Shown here piece after piece: positions 49,907 to 63,466 of a stretch of 64,000 nt of DNA. The notes under the pieces are model-generated. The model worked only from the letters and a program-made list of their open reading frames with translations. It was not told the DNA's origin and made no database searches. Made by a program: the position numbers and the translations under genes. This DNA is from Kudoa neothunni (Eukaryota > Animalia > Cnidaria): NCBI GenBank assembly GCA_964304625.1, contig OZ199840.1:6699252-6763251 (forward strand). The letters are read 5' to 3'. The first letter of the stretch is position 1; each line of letters starts with the position of its first letter.

Positions 49907-52299
49907 TATTTATGATTAGGCAATACGTACTTTACGTGAAATTGATATTATATATAAAAATCGTTATTTCCTCAAATCTAATTATCTTAATAAATATAAC
50001 GAAATTAATGAAAATAATGATTTTCATGATAGTTTAAGATTTAAATCATCTCAAGAGTGTAATTCCGTCAATATTCTTTTCACGGATTATTTTAAAAAAA
50101 TATAATATTTATATTCATTAAATTCTAATATTCGTTTAAATTGAAATATTACAGATTGCGGAAATTCTTTAATCAAAGAAATTATTATAATTTATGCGAC
50201 AACTATTTAAAAAATTTGGCAATACAATGTTTATATAATGTAATGAAATAACTTCCGGAAAATAATACGATACATAGTTATAAACTTGATAAGAATATTA
50301 AAAAATAAAATTAAGTAGAAATATTAAATAGGGGTAGATATAAATACTAAATTCGTAAAGAAACCAGTATAGAAACCACATGCGTAAAATCATGCGCGAT
50401 GACCGAGCTAGGCCGAACGAGAATTTAGGTCAAATTTTTAGAATTGAATTATGTGGTTTATTAGTATACGGACCATATTTTAAAATTGTAAATATTCGAA
50501 TCAGTCTAATATCGATAAACTCACAGATGTGCAAGGGGCAGAATTTTGGGAGCAGTACACTATACCATTACCATTATTTGGCGTTAGCAGCTATTATTAT
50601 TTATTTGAAATGACTAATATAAGAGTAAAAGCACATATTGAGATAATGCTTTAATCCTTCGCGCATGCACCGAGGGAATGCAAATAGACACTATCGACGG
50701 AAAGCAACATTCAATTTGTTTATTAATTATTGTAGATATCTCAACAACCAACAAATTAACAAATTTTGACATATTTCCGAAAATCTTTTCTCTTCTGTCA
50801 AATGGAAACATTTCCATGGAATTTTTAAAATTATTTAATATATCTGTAGGGAAATATTGTAATTACATTTCATCCAATTATGGAGATGTGAAAAACCATA
50901 TGAACTCTTGGATTCGATCGACATGGAAAAATCATACAATGGAGACAAAGATATCGAAATGAGTTTAAGGTGAATATGTAACTCGCTTAATGATTAATTG
51001 GATATCTCAAAAATACTCATAAATGATGAAACAGAATCATGGTTTGAATTCAACAAAAAGTCAGAAATGGCTGGAAAATATTCAATGCAGCATTGTATAC
51101 AATTGCACACACTGTACCATCTTATGTCAAGCACACGCAGGATCTCTTCGAAACTCTATTCCATGATTGGCAGGAATTTTAAGGAATGAATTTTTTGCGG
51201 ATTTATTTTACACGAAAATGCAGAAAATTTCATGAAGAACTTTTTGACTCTGTCAAACACAACGTCAATCGATTTTTTAACCACCAGATGTATCATGTGG
51301 GAAAAAACACGGTACTCTTATAATATGGTTGTACATAGCCGACAAATTCTTGAAACATTTCTTCATATACGATACCGAATCAGAAATGATTGCCATACAG
51401 TTCCTCCAATTTATTCAATATGCTCGAAGTGTTTCCTAAACTTCATTCGCAACTATGACTGAGTTACATTCCGATATTATCTTGAAATTAAGCAAAAGCG
51501 TCCTTCTTTCAAGAGTTTCAGAATCATAAAAACTTGCTAAAATGTTTATTAATGGCTTGTTTGTAAAATCAGACGTTTCACCAATGATAAGACTTAGTCG
51601 CTACCAATGACCTCGCATTATCTTCATTATTTTCAAATATCATCGTTAAATACGTATCCACCAAGGCGCAACTGTTTGGGAATGATCTAAAAAGCTAACA
51701 ATACTTTGATAAAAATCGTCGTAGATAACTTTTCTTATCAATCAGAGAGCGGAAATTCATCAAAAACTACAATAGACACCGATTCTATCCCTAAAGAAAA
51801 TATATGGCATGAAGGAAGTCTCTTTCAACGGTTTTTTCAATGAAATGTGTTTTTTTCGATTTCATATGCTCGTTAATTCTATTTCGTTTTGACGAAAGTT
51901 TTACTTTACAATATTTGCAAATATATTCATTTTTAACATTTTCTATGACCGTCCACACTTCCAGAAAACTAGAAATTTCTCTCTTATGTCTACCCATGCC
52001 TAAGTTAACTCGGAATAGATCGATCATTTACGCAAAATAAACGTCAAAACTTTTTAAAAAATTCGACGAAAATCGATTTTAATTGCAGATGGCATTCCCT
52101 AATTATAAACAATTTTTATTTAAATTAAAATGGGAAAAAGTAAATATATTATTTATATATAGATATACAATCGAAATATTGGTGTATCATTTTCGATAAA
52201 TAAAACTCGAATGGGTTTAATTTACAAAATAAGAAGAAATCCTACTCTATGGTTTAAAAAATATCGTGCTGTTTATGCTCCACCACTCATTTAGTACCA

Positions 52300-55200
52300 A
52301 TAGTGAAATATTATGGCAGCATGAATTTATTTCTATCCATAAATTTTTGATTTTATTTGATATGCGTTTGGAATTAAGAAAAGTATTAACAAAATAAACA
52401 TGCGACGAAAAGGGAGCAGTAACTCTTCCACGTGGAAAGCTTCAATTAATCGTTTAGCAGATTGTTGAAATTCGTGATATACGTAATTCGTTACAAAAAA
52501 TTTTTAGACGCTGTTAATGAATTCTGCGATAAAGATGACATGCTTTCGAAGTTTTATCACTCTTTCTCCAGTCAATGTTGAGGATTTAATGGATGAGGAG
52601 GATAATTTGGCGCTAGATTTAATAATGGATATTGATATGAGAATCGTACCCGAAATATATGGAGAGATTGAGATGCAGTATGAAAATAATTAGTAAATTT
52701 TTTGAAAATGAAGTTTTTCCACCCTAAAAATGTTCTCCAAATAAAATTAGGTCTCAAACTTTCAACGACTATGCATAATTTATTACCAGTTAAAAATTTA
52801 TGGGAGGAACCTGCATACATTTTAGGAAAGAGTTGAGTCCTACAATGCGTTTCAATAACATTTGGACGAAAACATTACGGTGATAATTTTTAAAGCGATC
52901 ACACTTACAAATTCAACAGAAAAATTAGCACATTTTTAATCTGACAGCCGAATAACTCATAACTTTTAATGGTATACTGTAACTTACCGGCTACCATACG
53001 TTAATCTGACAATATATGTGTTGGGGAAAACGCTGTAAACTCTGGAATAATGCTAGTGAATAAAGCGATGACCTATATAAACATTTCAAATCTATTAAGA
53101 GATATCTCCATCTTAATAATAACGCGAGAATAGATCAGGGCGATAAATTATTTAAATAAACAACCATTAATTTAAAAAAATGAATATAACTTTAAAAAAG
53201 TATGAAATTTTTAACAAGAACACCGCAGATGTGCAAATGGTACTATATTAAGGACATCATTCCTGTAGGATGTTTAGGCAGAGGGAAACCTTTACGCTTC
53301 GGATTTAAAAATTGGACAATAAGCTCTTCATATGGTTACACGTATAGCTTTTCTATTTACGATGGAAAACCAACAGTTGATATTTGAAGTAGATAGTGTG
53401 AAACGTATCATTGATGACTTGAGGATGTATCGAACCATAAATAGTTTTTTGATAATTTCTTTTTCGTCCTAAACAATTTTTTGCTATATTAACCGTAACA
53501 CAGAAGTGTCTAAACGGAGAAAACGATTCGATGTACAAAAAAAAGATATATCTGATAATTCCACAAAAATTTTATGCTCTCATTGGAACGATATTAAATT
53601 AGTTTTATTGATGACTCATTGTTTTGCCCACACCCAATTACGAAAATTAATAGATATTAAATTAATGTCTGTGACAGGTTAAACAGCCACACAACATGTA
53701 TATGTATAGACAGTGGCTATTGAAACGACAATTAATTTCTCAAAAATTACTAATAGTTCAAGTCTGAAATTTTATATATTGTTTTATATTAAATAATGGG
53801 AATTTGGTCAAAATAGTTGTTCATCTAATTTTGGGTTTTTATGACAACATTTTCACTTAATTCAACTAATAAATAATATATAAATTATTTATTTATATAT
53901 ATATTATTACATAGAGTTATAATGTATATTTTAAAGCAAAATTCGAAAGAATATCTTCTTTATAACATTAGAAATGAGCGGATTAAATTTAAGTCGTGAT
54001 ATCGACAAAGTTGAATTCTGGCGTTGCAAAGTTAGCAATAAATATAACGAAACATTCGTAATCAATGTGAAAGTTAACAATCAACTTTAATATAATTAAA
54101 TTAATTAGAATTTTTATTTAATTTGGCGGAAGCTTTTCCTTTTTCGTTGTCTCTTAATTGCTATCAAGCCATAACCTTTAGGCCTCCCAACTGCCTTAAC
54201 TTTCCTAGGAAGTGTAAGATTTAAAACGTAAAAATACTTTCTACATTAAGTTATATACCTTTTAATTCTGGAGGGTTTATTGATTCTCTGTCTTCGACGT
54301 CAGTTATGTCCGGATTAGGGGCGGTTCCAATTACATCCTTTTCAAGCGGCTCAGGCGGAGGTGTATCCTTTATTGGCGGAATTACAACAAGACTACTTTC
54401 TAATTAAACAAATTTGTTATGTTTTCATAACTTAAATTTATGTTATACCTGAGGAAGTTGGTGCAATGAAGTCAACGTCACTATCATACCCATCAATACC
54501 TGCCTCTAAGAGTGTGCCAAACTCTAAATTAAAGCATAGTTTTCAAAAATAAAAACGTTCTACTTATTAATTTCTCTTCCAAACCGTCAGATTATGATTT
54601 TTAATAATGTTTTCACATACTTTGAATAATTTGATGCAGTGATCGAATATATTCCCCGCGATACTCAGCAGAAGACGAGGATAATTTATTGGTATATACA
54701 TTAGCCAACTTCATGCGTTTGGAAAAAGTGGTTATAATGTCATGTTGCTTTTTTATAACAATACCATTTGGGATGATGTTTTGAGTTGAGTCATTTTTAG
54801 TTTTGACAAAATTTGACATATGTTCTTTGTTCCATCTGGGATGATATATATGTGGATCAAACAATGGTTATATAGATTTTGATCTTTGTGTCAGAATGTG
54901 TTGGCAAGGTAACTCATAAGATCGATAAAACTTACATGTACAAAAATTGATAGTCGAATTGTAATTTAATATACAATCAAATTTTGTTTGCATCTTTCTC
55001 AATCCTTTAATTACAAGTTTACAGGAGAATGAAGTTAAGCGATCCCAATACTTTTTTTTCAACTTCATTTTCAATATTCCTATAGGATGTCTTAGATAAT
55101 TCGGTCACTATAACTATACGGGCAGAATTTTTTCTGTTCTGAATGAATTCAAAGTAAGAGAATTTTTTTTATCACGCTCTTCAGTTTTGAATTAAGAGCT

Positions 55201-57445
55201 TCTAGTCGATTATTCGTTAAATTATTGTAAAAGTGTCGGGGCTTTACTGAATGACATGATCCATTGTGATTTAATTGGATCCCAATTTTTCTTGAAATAG
55301 ATATTGAAGTCCAAAATATTATAACTATAGAGCTCATCACATAAGTTTTCATATTCCATTACATTTTTAGCATGCATCATTTTTTTAAGAGGGAATAACA
55401 TGGATTCTTTTGTTTCATTATTAATATTATATTTCGTAAGTTTTAACTCTCTCGTTGAAAAATCTGTATAACGTGAAATTTACAAATAATATTTTCGGCA
55501 TTGGGAAAATGATTCTTCATAACTTTTCGAAGCTTTAAATCCTGTATCAGTAACAATCGAAAGGATTTTTTCTTTTATCCAAGGAACGATTGAAATCAAT
55601 TCATTAATGTACCAGTCAACTACTACTTCAACTCCTCAAATATTATACATGCACTATTATAATGTGTCAAACCCATAGAGCCTTCAGGAAACCGTCAGGT
55701 ACAAGGGAGCTCTAAAATTAGAATAGATAGATAACTTTAATATTTTAAAATAATAAAAATAACAGCGAATCAAGTAATTTGTAGGTTGCGTCAATTGACA
55801 GATGTTCTGGAAAAAAAAGAAAAAACATCCTTCATTTTTTCATCCACAAATAGAATTGCACTAACTTGGTTTGTTTCACCTGCTAGTATTCTAACATCAC
55901 AATTATAATCTTCCCTTTACTAATTTAATAACGAAGTTTATATCAATCTTCTGCGTGGATAGATTTTTTTAATATTACGTATAGACTTAAATGTTATCAT
56001 TTTACCGGTTTCTTGTTGGATTTTGGATTGAATCAATTTAGAAACTAGTTCCAATATCCTGTGATCATTACGATCCAATTTTCGTTGTGGAGGCAAAAAT
56101 TTAAAAAAAGTTGGGTTGGTTTCATGATTGTGGCTTAAATTGAATGATTTTACTTCGAGCGTTTGTCCGTCTGAACTTACTCTTAGTGATACATGAACAG
56201 AACAGGCGCCTTTCATGGTTTGTTTTTCTCGAATACTCTTTGACCTGTCTTGATATTGATCACTAAAATAACAAACATATTTGACGGAGTAGTAATTTAA
56301 GTTTTCGTTGAATTTTTTGGTGAGGACTCGCTTTAGGTTTGATAGTTTTTTTGAGTCATGCTTAATTAAGACACAGCATGATTGCTGTTAAAACTTATGT
56401 GAAAACTCTTCTAGTTGCGTAAAAGAGTCAAATTTTTTACCTACTTCAAATAAATCAATATCGGTTTTATTTGCCATTTTCCGTACATTCGTCGAAAATA
56501 TTTTACTTTTATTTTACAAATTTTATAATTAAAATTACTATTAATCAATATTTACCTAATATATATTTATATAAGACAAGCGTAACAATTTTAACTTTCT
56601 AATTCTCTTCAAACTAAACTTAGTTTTTCCAATATTAATGGAAAAGTCAATAAAAATTTTTTGTAACATAAATAGATATTTTAGGAGATCAATATATGTT
56701 AAAACAATATATAAAATTTCAGACTTGAACTATTAGTGATTTTGGAGAGATTAATTGTCGTGTCAATAGCCACTGTCATATGTATAATAAGCATACGGGT
56801 AGAGATTTTCTTGCTGATAATTCAATAACCTTCCATAGAATGAAGATAAAATGAAAAAATGGTAGTAGTAACTATTCTTCAACATGCGGTCTACGACCCT
56901 GTTGAATTTATGGAGACTAATAAATGTAGGGAATTCCTCGAAAATGGACCCTCTTACATATACGCGAGTCATCGTAAAAAAATCTAATATCACTTACAAC
57001 GAAAAGTGTTATAGTAGGTCATAGAATTGTATTAAACAATTTTCAGAAGGTTTTCATGTGCCAAAAACAAAATATAACATCCTCTACGAACACATGGAAA
57101 AGATGCGTCATATGCAAGAAAACTACCATCCGTTATTGCAATAATTTCCCTACATGCTCGCACGTAGGGTGTTCTGAATAACTGAATTATTAATACTCAT
57201 AATCAATAAATTCCCTTTTGTTCTCAGTGAAAATTCATACTTATTTCTATAAGAGTATGTGATCAACTTTATTTGAATTATGCACATGGAGGGGTTACTG
57301 TTTTCTTGTCGGTACTTTAGTAAAATTACGTTTTTTGAGCAAATAATTATTATCTGGAAGTTTTAATCATAATTACTTATTATATTACAATATCCTATCA
57401 TTATATAAATTTTGGCTTAACTTAAAAAATAGAACCCTGAATGGG
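52300..57445 (+). mobile_element. Decayed piggyBac (PGBD-type) element with a nested MULE
   Basis: GKPLRFGFKNW..SSYGYTYSFSIYDGK (53280-53370). YNKH.G resumes after the MULE at 56778, followed by Cys-rich RCVICKK..RYC and a right end ...AATGGG|TTAA. The left boundary is approximate. Confidence 0.7.
53709..56777 (-). mobile_element. MULE with ZSWIM3-like transposase (SWIM Zn finger), decayed
   Basis: ~80-bp TIRs GACAGTGGCTATTGA and a perfect 9-bp TSD ATATGTATA. Peptides: ACSVHVSLRVSSDGQTLEVKSFNLSHNHE, IDATYKLL, TNNRLEALNSKLKSVI and CTCKFYRSYELPCQHIL. Confidence 0.9.
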
Positions 57446-59399
57446 TTAACAGAGATCTCACCTATCAAAATGACAAAACTTGACACAAATAATGAATTAA
57501 AATCTCATACAAAACAACTATGTAATAGCGATGTATCTGAAAATAGCATAGGATAGTCTTTATTAGAAGTTAACATTAAAATATTATTGTTGGATTTTTA
57601 ACCCTCAAAATTCCGTCGAAAATAGAGTCAATAATAAGGCTGGGAGGAACTTATTTATCAACAATTGCGGGTGTGAAGATGTATAAAAATAATTTACTAC
57701 ATTAACAAGCTGAAAAATTTATAAACTACATATGATGTTATACTTTATGATTTCTACCTCGCATGTCAAGCCATCATACATCCCATTTCCTTTACTAGTA
57801 CAAAATAATATGAGTAAAAAAGATAATGAAAATTTAAAATTTTTTTGTATTTAATAAATGTTAAATTGCTTATTCATAGAAATTTTGAAAAATATATGAT
57901 TACACACTTGAATATTTATGGACTCAGGATGGTTGCATCACCGAAAATTTATTTTTCTTCAAACATTTCAAAAACTTACGAAAAATTAATTTAACCGAGA
58001 ATTAGATAATATATAAAATATGAATAAAAAATACGTTGTATTTTTTGAGGTATTCATTCCCTGAGATATAACCACTACAAAAAATTATCAGCCGTCATCT
58101 TTATGACTAGCTTATCTTTTAGAAGTGTAACCTAATAATACTTAAATAAATATACAACCTTAAGGTAGATATAAATTTAACTTTCAAGTTAATGGGATAA
58201 ATTTAAAAGAAGCGGTGAGAACCCCTAACATAGGGAATAACAAACATTTTTTGGATTAATAAATGAATACATATTTCACAAAATTGATAACATGTTAACC
58301 TTACTTTTTATCATTATATTTTTAATAAGATCCACCATTTATTTTAAAAATCAATTAAGATACAAATATTAGTTTTTCCGCCGCAAAGATAAGCAAGGTT
58401 TTCTACTCTTACTTTCGAAGTTGGAAACTCTCCATATGTTGAATCCATCGAAAAAATCAAAGCAAATAGCTTTAAATAAATTAGGTAATCAAAATCAACA
58501 GCGGGCATTAAAATGAAAATTAAGAGATGAATGAAATATTAATTATAGGATAAATATACGCTTTTAATATAAATTTGAATAGAGCACATCATGACAATGG
58601 GTAAAGGATGTACCGTATAGATACACGAAAAAAATAGAAAATTAGGTGTTCGTACATTAAAAAATAATAAATTTCCAACAACATAGCAATTAGTCTTTAA
58701 ACGGAAGGGTGTCGTGCTCCTTAAAATCGAATAGTGCAAAATCAAACGGATTTTTGACTCGTAGAATCCGATTTGGATGTTTCTTGTTTGATCGAACTAA
58801 AAATGGGATTAGAAACACTGAAGCAGACAGATAATGTGGCGGTAGTTTTTTCAGGGCATCACACCAATAAAACACAAGATTTCAATTATAAATATGTAAA
58901 AAATTAAAACTTATTAAAATAAAAACGTTAAACAACCGATTTTCTTATTAGTTTGCGTGTTAACTATACAATGGGTAATTTAAGAAAATTTTAAATGTTG
59001 AATATGTGAAGAATCGAACTCAACCGAAGGTAATTTATTAAACCAAGTTTTGAAGGTTTTAAACCAAATGAATATAATAAATTAAAACGATAACATTTAG
59101 CATGTTTTAGTTCATTTATCAGTCATGGACGTAATTTGAAAAATTAATATTTAACCAATAAATCATTAATTTTTTAATGTTGGTCTACATACTACGGAGA
59201 TTTTCAACTTTATTTATAGCTATTACGCTTGGTAAATAAGAAAATAAATATTACTGAGTTATCATATTTACTGTGAATCTATTTAACCATAATTCATCAC
59301 AGAATCATACAATTAAAATTTTTATTGAGAACAATTAAAAATTAATATATTGCCAATCTCGCAATCTTTAAAAACGACTTGAATAATGCAAATATTGCA

Positions 59400-61100
59400 T
59401 GGGTGCCCTAAAAAACGCCTGTTAGGTTGGCACGAAAATCTAACTCAGGAAGGTTTCCTTTATTTGGTCTAAATCTAATTTTTAACTAATATCAAAACAA
59501 AGTAATACTTTAGCTGACATAACCAGCGAATGCGGAGTAGATTAGTGTAGTCATTCAAACCAACACTCTCAAAGGCATCCAAAATATCTTGCTCCTTAAT
59601 CATAATGCGCCGGCTGAGAGGGTTGCATTGTCTAGATATTCAACATTTGAAAATCATTATGTAAGCGGATCAACCTCAATGCAAGTTCAGTTATGTTGCA
59701 TATAAATTCAGTGAGACAATGTTGTAAAAAAAATTTTGCTCCTGTGGAAAACTAGATGGAAATCAATACAACGTTTTTAACAAAAAAGATGATGCCTTGA
59801 AGAAAGGGTGTTGTATCCGCCACAAAATACGATGGATTTTAGGTGCAGAAAGTAATAGTTCCTATCAAATAAATATGAATTATGAATATTTAAATAGTAG
59901 AAGGATGTACCTTCGGTATAATTGGTCGAACTTCAGATCCAGCTAAAAAATGCAAAATATTCGAGAAAAAACTAATCAAAATAAAACCTCCTAATTCTGC
60001 CTCACCTAAAAACAAAATTTGGTAAAATATCGAATAAACAATCATCACATTTATTCAAGCGTTTCTTAGTTTCAGCGGTCAGCTCATTTAATTTGTAATT
60101 ATCGTTGTTTTTTATAGCAGAGACTAAGTCATCGACGGATGAATATTTTAATTTCTGAGCATCTTCTACCATCAAATGTTTAATGTTACCATTGCACGTA
60201 TATAATGTATTATCATTTAGTTGTTGTCTATCAATGTGTTGAACATCGATAGGTATATTGTAAGGTTCAGTAATATATGATGAGGCTATTTGAGTAATAT
60301 TTAAACAATCAAGAAACAACGACAATAATAGATTGATACTTCCGTTGGTATTGTTTATGGAATGCAAGGGATACTCGAGAGGAGGTAATGGTTGGGGGAT
60401 TGTTGGACAGACCAACGGTCGAGATGTCACTGAAATCGCCGAAAGTGGTGGTATTTGTTTGGGCATGGGTCTTAATAGTGGTATATTGCTTTTCATATCA
60501 CGCGTTTCGACTACACCAACCATATTTCAATATTTAATAAGGCTAATCTAGAACAAGTGATCTCACTTTGACGGATAACTTCACTGCCATTGTTAGCCGT
60601 AAATAAATTCACTTGAAACAATTCAAATTTTATTCTACGAAAAAATCGGTCCGTTACTCGTATTCTCGGTGTCTTCTCCAAGCAAAAATTTGATAACATT
60701 GCTTCTCAAATCTATAGCGTGGTCTGATTCGACATATTCTTGACTTATTCTTAAATTTCTGTCATCTTCTAAATTTGGAGATGGTTCCGAGGGGCACATT
60801 TTGTCATTACCAAAGAGGCGATACCTGCGCCGCCACTAAAATCCGATAGTATTCTTCAGTACCTTGCCACTAAGACTGCGTAAGTGCGCCAACGCTCTGT
60901 GACTTTTCAAATGAACACTGCATCAGTTATGACTAACTTTAAAGGAAAAAATAAATAAATTATTTTTTAATAAAAGCTTCCATAGCTAACTTAGATACCG
61001 ATTCCGTCGATCTCCGCTATTTTCGTTCGAATCCCATTTAGTCCATGCGGGCTGCTGAGCAATTGCGTGATCTATCGATAAGAGCAGAAGTAATGATTAT
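59400..61100 (-). other. Unassigned, apparently spliced and decayed coding sequence
   Basis: 173-aa Pro-rich ORF 60002..60523 plus flanking coding-like segments with GT-AG intron candidates. Stops and frameshifts are present and no family was recognised with confidence. Confidence 0.3.
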
Positions 61101-61168
61101 TAACGTGAGATTCAGATTAATTTAATATAGATAAACTACATCCTTTTGATGACCAAAACTTAAATTAA

Positions 61169-62064
61169 CCCTTGATAGGTGATGATCTTGAGTCCACGAG
61201 CCCACCTGAGCAGTATATTGAACATAATTCATTCAACAAAAATTTTTAACGTTTTTACTACATTTAAATTGCTAAAATTTTATTTTACATTTAGTTGTAT
61301 ATTTTCAATGAATTCAAAAATTTTTTATCTTAAGCCCATGTGCAACTAAAAAGGATTATGACAATAGCAATATACTTTATTTGTTTTAAAGTTAATCTCA
61401 CAATTGCGCATATAAGTGTATTAATGTCAGGTTCGAATTTCTCAAATCAATTATCCGCTGACAAATTATCGATATGATTGCTTTTGAATCATTTGTTGGG
61501 TCTCTTCAAAGAATTCCGGAATATATGAAAGATAAACCTAATGGCCAACAACAATTTTTAGTGGACTTATCCTCCTCGTTGATTGTAAGACATCAGAAGA
61601 AAAGAGCTGAAGACCAAAAAATTAGATGTTAACCCGCTGTTGTAGATTGTGATTATAATATAAATATTAATAAACCATTTAATATTATTCAGTGTATTTT
61701 GGCACGACCCCTAACGATTAGATATTGTCGAAAGTATTTCTTTACGCGTGGCGAAGAACATTGCAATATAAATGCCTCGAAACGATTTAGTTTGTCCTGC
61801 ATGCATCATAAGACGGTTAAAACATGTATGCGATGTGTGTAACAACATTATATGTAACGATCATTCAATAAAAATATTTATCTGTTTGAGTTTCTCCAAC
61901 AATAAATTATTGTATATCATGTATTTTTTATCGCGCAATAGCGTCTTAAAGCAAGCAAATACAGCTTAAAATAAAATCCAATAAAGATAGAAATTAATCC
62001 GGATAGGCTCGTCGAGCCAAAGACCACCTAAATCGGTAGCGCCGGAAGGTCAACCATTAAGGGG
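61169..62064 (+). mobile_element. piggyBac deletion derivative
   Basis: TTAA|CCCTTGATAGGT ... ACCATTAAGGGG|CTAA termini. It retains the C-terminal FLVDLSSSL segment and the Cys-rich CPAC..HVCDVCNNIICNDH domain. Confidence 0.7.
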
Positions 62065-62386
62065 CTAATTCACGGCACCACTTCGCCACTAACTAACAAA
62101 AATACGCCAAATGAAAATAGCTAGAACAATATTGTAATATTATAAATTGTTCAAAATGTTTCTGATTTTTCTTAGGTAACTATATCGATGTAAAATTTAA
62201 AAATTAATGACAGAAGTGGCTTTTGCAGTCGAGATTTTTAATCTTAAACGGGGTCTACACTTGCGCGGTGGCCAATTGCACTGGGTATGCAGCGAAGGGA
62301 TTATATTATAGAAGAAACCGTTTCTAAAATTTCAACTATTTTTTTCAACATAAAACGGTCGCAATATATTTTTATCATTAAATACG

Positions 62387-63466
62387 AGTTAATGTGGAGT
62401 TTAGGCACGTAAACTCGCGCATACCAATTCGTAATCTTTCGCGCTCATGCTAAGGATTAAAATTAAATCATGGATGTGACTGTACATTTTCCCGCAATTG
62501 AATCAGTTGATGTGAACAAGATCGAACCATTCTTCCTCGACTGTTTGAAGTTAAATAAAAAGTACAGCATCGAATTCATGGCATTCATTGGACTTTTGAG
62601 AAAAACAAGTGTATGTTATAATAAGGAAATGCAGTTGACACGGTGCGAAAGATGCGTTAACGGATATTCGTTCTATTGCAATCACTGTAGAAAGTATATT
62701 TCTGCCCGCAAAGACTCTTTTTTGGAAGGAGATCATCTGGATCTTCCAACCATCCTAAAGATCATCTATTATTATTATTATTCCTTCGACATCAGCAGTC
62801 AACGTTTTTATGAAGAAGTCATTCACATCAGTTCCAAAACTTTTGTGGATTGGAAAAATTTTATTAGGGATATATATTCGAACCATGTAATTGAGAATTC
62901 CCAAAAGGTCGGTGGAGATGGAATTATCGTTCAGATTGATGAATCCAAACTTTGTAAAAGGAAGAATAGCGTGGGTAGGATATTGGTTAATCAAGATCAA
63001 TGGATTTTGGGAGGAATAGATGAAAACGGCAACGTTTTCATAACAATTACAACCAAGCGGGATCTGCCAACACTACACAAAATAATTCTTGAGAATGTGG
63101 AAAGGGGGTCAATAATATGGTCTGACTGCTGGAAAGGTTATAGGCGTCTTGATACGCATGATTTTCTCCACGAAACTGTCAACCATAGCATAGCGTTTGT
63201 CACTGAAACTGGTATGCACACCAATAGAATCGAAGCTACGTGGGGAGCCTGCAAAAGAAAGTCCCGCCATATTACGAATAAATCCCCTGGGCTTATATTA
63301 TCGTATCTATCGTAATATATATTTAAGAAAAAGTTTCTTAATAAAGTATTTCAAGAAACATTAAACCAAATTAGTGTTATTCACACATTTTGAATATTAT
63401 TGTTTGTTATTACATGCGCTACGAAGATTAGCGGGATTAGTTACGTGCCTAAACTCCACATTAGCC
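62387..63466 (+). mobile_element. Merlin (ISXO2/IS1595-like) transposon, nearly intact
   Basis: TIRs (A/G)G(T/C)TAATGTGGAGTTTAGGCACGTAA and a perfect 9-bp TSD TTAAATACG. The 281-aa ORF 62470..63315 has FYCNHCRK, VQIDESK, IWSDCWKGY, VNHS and HTNRIEATWG. Confidence 0.95.

Larger units (their letters stand above)
47191..50572. mobile_element. Non-autonomous element with ~250-bp TIRs, GG..CC termini and 8-bp TSD (Merlin-like signature)
   Basis: GGTAATGGTATAGT... / ...ACTATACCATTACC, with TSD ATTATTTG (47183-47190, 50573-50580). The mirrored ORFs 47174..47383 and 50380..50613 are simply these TIRs. Confidence 0.88.
45931..50695 (-). mobile_element. Non-autonomous MULE, copy B (inverted relative to 1691-3109)
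   Basis: Same TIRs and body as copy A, with a perfect 9-bp TSD GACGGAAAG (45922-45930, 50696-50704). Confidence 0.92.
45156..52101 (-). mobile_element. hAT element (BED Zn finger + dimerisation domain) hosting several nested insertions
   Basis: Perfect 11-bp TIR TAGGGAATGCC/GGCATTCCCTA and an imperfect 8-bp TSD ATCATAAT/ATTATAAA. BED finger YICKYCK..RINEHM in ORF 51791..52027; dimerisation motif IPLSATSVEGNFSRMKHVLTQDRTHLS near 45310-45400. Confidence 0.85.

Noticed and set aside
58539-58875. Possible Harbinger/ISL2EU transposase fragment
   Set aside because: Only vague similarity; no catalytic motif or termini could be confirmed.
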